Assembly (NCBI RefSeq): GCF_000011805.1
Contig: NC_006841.2
Strand: one strand, 5' to 3'
DNA: 32,000 nt
From: Aliivibrio fischeri ES114
GTDB taxonomy: Bacteria; Pseudomonadota; Gammaproteobacteria; Enterobacterales; Vibrionaceae
Shown here piece after piece: positions 26,778 through 32,000 of this stretch; position 1 is the first letter of the stretch, and each line of letters starts with the position of its first letter. The translations under genes were made by a program, and so were the position numbers. Below the pieces are notes generated by a model. It saw only the letters and a list, made by a program, of their open reading frames with translations, was not told the origin of the DNA and did no database searches.

Positions 26778-27086
26778 ATGAAAAGCCCTTGCCGTGCAGC
26801 GTGTAAAAATGAAGGTGGTATCTGCAGTGGATGCAAACGAACCATGAAAGAAATTCTAGAATGGCGCGATTTAGGAGAAGATGGCAGAGAGAAAATTATG
26901 GGGGTTTTGAGTGGTGAAATTACAACTCATTTATGCCCTGAGTGTGGTGGTTCTGCTCAATGTGATATCGCTATGGGTAAAGCCACATGTTGGTGTTTTG
27001 AGCTTGAACCTCGCTCAGTAAATCTTACATCTGACACATCAACATGCCTTTGTCGACATTGCTTAGTAAAAAAGCCTGTATCCTAG
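26778..27086 (+). CDS. cysteine-rich protein: DUF1289-type N-terminal motif fused to a CWC-type Cys-rich C-terminal half
   Basis: SPCRAACKNEGGICSGCKRTMKEILEW has the DUF1289 pattern. It is followed by CPECGG...CDIAMGKATCWCFE...CLCRHCL. The start is 26778 (MKSPC) or 26739. Confidence 0.6.
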   Translation: MKSPCRAACKNEGGICSGCKRTMKEILEWRDLGEDGREKIMGVLSGEITTHLCPECGGSAQCDIAMGKATCWCFELEPRSVNLTSDTSTCLCRHCLVKKPVS

Positions 27087-27417
27087 TTTTTATGTGCTAC
27101 TCTGTGTGGATTAACTTATAATGATTGATCTAAGTCAATTTTTAAGGGCTTTTTATCCGGTTACTCTTTAGGGGTAATTAACATTATTAACAATTACTAC
27201 ATAAAATTAATTTGTCACATCTATTAATATTTTTATATTTAATTTTTCAATTAAATACATCTCTGGATGAGCTCAAAAAAGTAGTGGATAAAAGGACTTA
27301 TCTTCAAAATTTAATTGAAGCACTATTTGTGAGGGATTAAAATTTACGGCAAATAGGTTCGACAAGTTGTTAACATTTTCTATATTTAACAGTAGAAAAA
27401 TAACTAGGAATATAATT

Positions 27418-27594
27418 ATGAGCAATGTAGTAAAGCAAAGCGATGAAAATAAACGCTCTTCTGAATGGAAAGCATTTTTCTTCATCACAGTTGTTCTTTT
27501 CCCAATTTTAAGTGTGGGTGTGGTTGGTGCTTACGGTTTCTCTGTATGGTTCATGCAGATGCTGTTTTTTGGAATGCCTGGTCACGGCGGTTAA
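27418..27594 (+). CDS. torE: TorE (NapE-family small membrane subunit of the TMAO reductase system)
   Basis: 58 aa with a single TM (FFFITVVLFPILSVGVVGAYGF). AGGAA lies 7 nt before the ATG at 27418. It sits directly upstream of torC and torA. Confidence 0.8.
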   Translation: MSNVVKQSDENKRSSEWKAFFFITVVLFPILSVGVVGAYGFSVWFMQMLFFGMPGHGG

Positions 27595-27651
27595 TTCTTG
27601 AATAAAGAATGCTGTTACTAACGATTTAGAATTATTAGAAGAGATACAATT

Positions 27652-28830
27652 ATGATGTCATTTATTAAAAAAGCTTGGGCTGTTTTTGCACGTCCGAGTG
27701 TTCATATCAGCTTGGGTGTTTTAACCCTTGGTGGTTTCGTTGCCGGGGTGATTTTCTGGGGTGGTTTTAATACTGCTTTAGAAGCAACAAATACAGAAGA
27801 ATTCTGTGTAAGCTGTCACGCAGATAACATTGCACCAGAATACGCTGGTACTATTCACGATAAAAACCGTTCAGGTGTACGTGCGACATGTCCAGACTGT
27901 CACGTTCCACATGATTGGACTTCAAAAATTGCTCGTAAAATGCAAGCAAGTAAAGAAGTATTTGCACACGTATTCGGCTTTATTGATACTCCAGAGAAAT
28001 TTGAAGAGCGTCGTATCATCTTAGCCCAACACGAGTGGGATCGCTTTAGCGCAAACAAATCTCTTGAATGTCGTAACTGTCACGACTACGACGGCATGGA
28101 TTTCTCTAAAATGCAGCCTACGGCTCGTATTCAAATGCAAGGTGCAAAAGAACGAGATCAAAGCTGTGTTGACTGTCACAAAGGTATCGCACACAAACTT
28201 CCAGCAAACATGGATAGCTCTGGTGGCATGATCAGCGAGTTAACTCAACTTGCAGGCAATACTAAGTATGAAGATGGTCAAACTTACGTTTCTGTTCGTC
28301 ACTTACCAATGTATGAAGATGAAAAACTAACTGTTGAAGCGGGTCTATTAAACCCTGCATCTCAAGTTACTGTACTTGAAGAGAAAGGCGATGCAATGAA
28401 AGTTGCTATCGACGGTTGGCGTAAAGTTAAAGGCTTCGGTCGTGTTATCCAAGAAGATTTTGGTATGAACATCGCTGTAGGTTCTTTACTTAAGAGCGTA
28501 TCTCAAAACGACAAATTTGTTCAGAAATTTGAAACTAAAGAAGATGAATTAACAGGTCTACCTTGGCAGCGTGTTACTGTGAATCTATGGATGAAGAAAG
28601 AAGACTTCATGCCTGATTACACAACGGTTTGGCAGAAAGCTGAAGAATCATACAAAACTAACTGTTCTGTATGTCACACACAGCCAGCAGAAGCACACTT
28701 CGATTCAAATACATGGCCTGGTATGTTTGACGGTATGATGGCATTCGTTAACTTCGATACAGACAGCAAGTCACTTGTATTGAAATACCTACAAAAACAC
28801 TCTTCAGATTTTTCTGACGAAAAACACTAA
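27652..28830 (+). CDS. torC: pentaheme c-type cytochrome TorC (NapC/NirT family + C-terminal monoheme domain)
   Basis: N-terminal membrane anchor and five CXXCH motifs: CVSCH, CPDCH, CRNCH, CVDCH and CSVCH. Confidence 0.93.
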   Translation: MMSFIKKAWAVFARPSVHISLGVLTLGGFVAGVIFWGGFNTALEATNTEEFCVSCHADNIAPEYAGTIHDKNRSGVRATCPDCHVPHDWTSKIARKMQASKEVFAHVFGFIDTPEKFEERRIILAQHEWDRFSANKSLECRNCHDYDGMDFSKMQPTARIQMQGAKERDQSCVDCHKGIAHKLPANMDSSGGMISELTQLAGNTKYEDGQTYVSVRHLPMYEDEKLTVEAGLLNPASQVTVLEEKGDAMKVAIDGWRKVKGFGRVIQEDFGMNIAVGSLLKSVSQNDKFVQKFETKEDELTGLPWQRVTVNLWMKKEDFMPDYTTVWQKAEESYKTNCSVCHTQPAEAHFDSNTWPGMFDGMMAFVNFDTDSKSLVLKYLQKHSSDFSDEKH

Positions 28831-28853
28831 GAATTAATTGGAGTAGATAGAAT

Positions 28854-31712
28854 ATGTCTATTAGCAGAAGAAGTTTTCTAAAAGGTGTTGCAACAACAAG
28901 TGCAGTATCTTTAGTAGGTCCAAGCCTACTAATGTCTTCAAAAGCAAATGCAGCTGAAACTACAGGTACATGGCGTACGTCTGGTTCACACTGGGGTGCA
29001 TTCCGTGCACACATCTACGGCGGTAAAGTTCAAGAGCTTAAAGCAATTGAATTAGATAAATACCCAACAGATATGTTGAATGGTATCAAAGGTATTATCT
29101 ACAGCCCAAGCCGTGTACGTTACCCAATGGTTCGTCTTGATTGGTTGAAAAAACACAAGTACTCAGCTGAGACTCGTGGTAACAACCGTTTTATCCGTGT
29201 AACTTGGGATGAAGCACTAGACCTTTTCTACCGTGAATTAGAGCGCGTTCAAAAAGACTACGGTCCATGGGCTCTACACGCAGGTCAAACTGGTTGGAAC
29301 CAAACAGGTTCTTTCCATAACTGTACAGCACAAATGCAACGTGCGGTTGGTATGCACGGTAACTTCATTAAGAAAGTAGGTGACTACTCGACGGGTGCTG
29401 GTCAAACGATCATGCCATACGTACTTGGTTCTACAGAAGTTTACGCACAAGGTACATCTTGGTCTGAGATCCTAAAACACTCAGACAACATTATCTTATG
29501 GGCAACGGATCCAGTTAAAAACTTACAAGTAGGTTGGAACTGTGAAACTCATGAATCTTACGCATACCTTGAGCAACTTAAAGAAAAAGTAGCGAAAGGT
29601 GAGATCAACGTACTTTCTGTTGACCCTGTTAAGAACAAAACACAGCGTTACCTACAGAATGACCACATGTACATTAACCCACAATCTGATGTGGCGTTCA
29701 TGCTGGCTGTAGCTTACACGCTATACACAGAAGACATGTACGATAAGAAGTTCATCGAAACTTACTGTTTAGGTTTTGATGAGTTCATGCAATACGTACT
29801 AGGTGAGACTAAAGATAAAGTAGTTAAAACTCCTGAGTGGGCTTCTGAAATCTGTGGCGTATCACCAGAGCAAATTCGTGAGTTTGCGAAAATGATGTCT
29901 ACTGGTCGTACACAGATCCTATTCGGCTGGTGTATTCAACGTCAACAACACGGTGAACAACCATACTGGATGGGTACAGTTCTATCAGCAATGACTGGTC
30001 AAATCGGTCTAGCTGGTGGTGGTGTATCTTACAGTCACCACTACTCAAGTGTTGGTGTTCCATCAACAGGATTCTCTGGTCCTGGTGGTTTCCCACGTAA
30101 CGTGGACCAAGGTCATGAGCCTAAATGGAATAACAATGACTACAACGGTTACAGCAGTACAATTCCTGTTGCTCGTTGGATCGACTGTCTATTAGAACCA
30201 GGTAAAGAGATCCGTTACAACGGTTCTAAAGTTGTACTACCTGATTTCAAAATGATGGTTATCTCTGGTAACAACCCTTGGCATCACCACCAAGATCGTA
30301 ACCGTATGAAGAAAGCGTTCCAAAAACTTCAAACTGTTGTGACAATTGATTTCACTTGGACTGCAACATGTCGTTTCTCAGACATCGTGCTACCAGCGTG
30401 TACGCAATGGGAACGTAATGATATTGACCAATACGGTTCATACTCTGCACGTGGTCTAATTGCAATGCATAAACTGGTTGATCCTCTGTATCAATCAAAA
30501 TCAGACTTCGAGATCATGACTGAGCTAACACGTCGTTTTGGCCGTCATAGCAGTACAATTCCTGTTGCTCGTTGGATCGACTGTCTATTAGAACCAGGTA
30601 AAGAGATCCGTTACAACGGTTCTAAAGTTGTACTACCTGATTTCAAAATGATGGTTATCTCTGGTAACAACCCTTGGCATCACCACCAAGATCGTAACCG
30701 TATGAAGAAAGCGTTCCAAAAACTTCAAACTGTTGTGACAATTGATTTCACTTGGACTGCAACATGTCGTTTCTCAGACATCGTGCTACCAGCGTGTACG
30801 CAATGGGAACGTAATGATATTGACCAATACGGTTCATACTCTGCACGTGGTCTAATTGCAATGCATAAACTGGTTGATCCTCTGTATCAATCAAAATCAG
30901 ACTTCGAGATCATGACTGAGCTAACACGTCGTTTTGGCCGTCATAAAGAATACACTCGTGGTATGGATGAAATGGAGTGGATCCGTTCACTTTATGCAGA
31001 ATGTCGCACAGCGAACGAAGGCAAGTTTGAAATGCCTGAGTTTGATGAGTTCTGGGAAAAAGGTGTTCTAGACTTCGGTGAAGGTAAGCCATGGGTACGT
31101 CATGCTGCGTTCCGTGAAGATCCAGAAGTTAACGCATTAGGTACACCATCAGGCTTCATCGAAATTTCAAGTCGTAAGATTGAACGTTTCGGTTATGAGC
31201 ACTGTCAAGGTCACCCAATGTGGTTCGAAAAATCAGAACGTTCACATGGTGGTCCTGGTTCTAAGAAACACCCATTCTGGATGCAATCTTGTCACCCTGA
31301 CAAGCGTCTGCACTCACAAATGTGTGATTCAGAAGAGTTCCGTGCAACTTACACAGTTCAAGGTCGTGAGCCGGTATACTTAAACCCACAAGATGCTAAA
31401 GAAAAAGGCATCAAAGATGGTGATTTAGTACGCGTATTTAATGATCGTGGTCAACTACTAGCTGGTGCAGTTCTAACTGATAGCTACCCACGTGGTGTTA
31501 TCCGTATTGAAGAAGGTGCATGGTACGGTCCATTGAACGAAAAAGTAGGTGCTATTTGTACTTACGGTGATCCAAACACATTAACGCAAGATATCCCATC
31601 ATCTGAGCTAGCTCAGGCGACATCTGCAAACACATGTTTGGTTGATTATGAGAAGTTCACAGGTAAAGTTCCACCAGTAACGTCATTCGGTGGTCCAATT
31701 ATTATTGAATAA
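28854..31712 (+). CDS. torA: trimethylamine-N-oxide reductase catalytic subunit (molybdopterin, Tat-exported) carrying an internal 132-codon tandem duplication
   Basis: Twin-arginine signal [12 protein letters not shown]...ANA, with DMSO-reductase-family sequence throughout. The ORF is 952 aa because residues SSTIPVARW...RRFGRH occur twice in succession. Confidence 0.93.
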   Translation: MSISRRSFLKGVATTSAVSLVGPSLLMSSKANAAETTGTWRTSGSHWGAFRAHIYGGKVQELKAIELDKYPTDMLNGIKGIIYSPSRVRYPMVRLDWLKKHKYSAETRGNNRFIRVTWDEALDLFYRELERVQKDYGPWALHAGQTGWNQTGSFHNCTAQMQRAVGMHGNFIKKVGDYSTGAGQTIMPYVLGSTEVYAQGTSWSEILKHSDNIILWATDPVKNLQVGWNCETHESYAYLEQLKEKVAKGEINVLSVDPVKNKTQRYLQNDHMYINPQSDVAFMLAVAYTLYTEDMYDKKFIETYCLGFDEFMQYVLGETKDKVVKTPEWASEICGVSPEQIREFAKMMSTGRTQILFGWCIQRQQHGEQPYWMGTVLSAMTGQIGLAGGGVSYSHHYSSVGVPSTGFSGPGGFPRNVDQGHEPKWNNNDYNGYSSTIPVARWIDCLLEPGKEIRYNGSKVVLPDFKMMVISGNNPWHHHQDRNRMKKAFQKLQTVVTIDFTWTATCRFSDIVLPACTQWERNDIDQYGSYSARGLIAMHKLVDPLYQSKSDFEIMTELTRRFGRHSSTIPVARWIDCLLEPGKEIRYNGSKVVLPDFKMMVISGNNPWHHHQDRNRMKKAFQKLQTVVTIDFTWTATCRFSDIVLPACTQWERNDIDQYGSYSARGLIAMHKLVDPLYQSKSDFEIMTELTRRFGRHKEYTRGMDEMEWIRSLYAECRTANEGKFEMPEFDEFWEKGVLDFGEGKPWVRHAAFREDPEVNALGTPSGFIEISSRKIERFGYEHCQGHPMWFEKSERSHGGPGSKKHPFWMQSCHPDKRLHSQMCDSEEFRATYTVQGREPVYLNPQDAKEKGIKDGDLVRVFNDRGQLLAGAVLTDSYPRGVIRIEEGAWYGPLNEKVGAICTYGDPNTLTQDIPSSELAQATSANTCLVDYEKFTGKVPPVTSFGGPIIIE
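30153..30944 (+). repeat. perfect 2 x 396-bp direct tandem repeat inside torA
   Basis: Compared base by base by eye, 30153..30548 is identical to 30549..30944. The unit starts at the first base of torA codon 434 and is 132 codons long. Confidence 0.97.
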
Positions 31713-31732
31713 TCATAATAATAAATAATATT

Positions 31733-31761
31733 AAAAAGCACCTAATTTAGGTGCTTTTTTT
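31733..31761 (+). terminator. rho-independent terminator of torECA
   Basis: AAAAAGCACCTA-att-TAGGTGCTTTTTTT, starting 21 nt after the torA stop. Confidence 0.75.
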
Positions 31762-32000
31762 ATATATATAATTCATGATTTATAATATATATATCCAAGT
31801 TAAATTGATAACTAAATAACATATTCACAGAACTTATCTAATGCCGTTTTTTTTCTAAACTCGTGTTATTTCTCTATGAGAAATCATAAACTTGTATTAT
31901 TCTCTCGCCGAAATTTCACATTGCGTGAAATGTGCAGGATATAGCAAGAATGTCACACAAATTATTAACTAATCTAAAAACAAAATATCAAATATTAGTC

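Noticed and set aside
27273-27488. 71-aa minus-strand ORF in the torE upstream region
   Set aside because: It is AT-rich intergenic sequence read antisense and overlaps the torE start. The composition is Ile/Leu/Phe/Asn-biased, as expected from AT-rich noise.
30153-30944. Whether the 396-bp repeat could be a CRISPR, IS or other mobile-element feature
   Set aside because: There are only two directly abutting copies, with no spacer, no terminal inverted repeats, no transposase and no target-site duplication. The sequence is ordinary torA coding sequence, so this is a simple tandem duplication.
28748-31383. Short ORFs inside or antisense to torC and torA (28748..29014 -, 29899..30096 -, 30910..31092 -, 31180..31383 +)
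   Set aside because: They are shadow ORFs within strongly supported tor genes and have no independent signals.
31761-31932. (TA)n runs flanking TCATGA after the torA terminator (31761..31795), considered as a ModE-type TATAT..TATAT operator; also the inverted repeat ATTTCAC-attgc-GTGAAAT (31914..31932)
   Set aside because: The downstream gene is outside the window. The TA runs are low-complexity and only loosely palindromic. There is no way to tie either element to a promoter from this sequence alone.

Overview
This is a 32-kb stretch of low-GC gammaproteobacterial chromosome. Gene content (torECA with a NapE-like TorE, a GlyGly-CTERM protease, nrdDG, modABC, a tRNA array with reiterated spacers) looks Vibrionaceae-like (Aliivibrio/Photobacterium type). 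That assignment is inference, not a search result. The window is mostly ordinary housekeeping, envelope and anaerobic-respiration genes. In order they are: a DUF808 membrane protein (partial), a lipoprotein, a LysR regulator broken by one in-frame TAG, an acyltransferase-3, a secreted S1 protease, a membrane fatty-acid desaturase, a PAS-PAS-GGDEF cyclase, and a minus-strand tRNA-Ser/tRNA-Asp array with a third degenerate tRNA-like unit. Next come two signal-peptide-bearing retropepsin-like proteins, a TerC/Alx-like gene behind a yybP-ykoY-type Mn2+ riboswitch, a Sel1-repeat protein, an EEP nuclease/phosphatase, nrdDG with a perfect FNR box, an AspC/TyrB-type aminotransferase, two tandem MltF-like transglycosylases, a small OM beta-barrel and YgiW. 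The last part holds a tightly packed cobQ-modABC-yjjG block, yaiL plus a small ORF absent from the ORF track, a Cys-rich DUF1289-type protein, and torECA. I saw no CRISPR array, transposase, integrase, phage genes or recognisable defence system. The strongest anomaly is a base-perfect, codon-exact 396-bp tandem duplication inside torA (30153..30548 = 30549..30944), which lengthens the TMAO reductase ORF from about 820 to 952 aa. Secondary anomalies are the mosaic tRNA-Asp-derived element (7304..7412) and the single-nonsense LysR gene. All family assignments come from motif recognition in the supplied translations; nothing was searched against databases.
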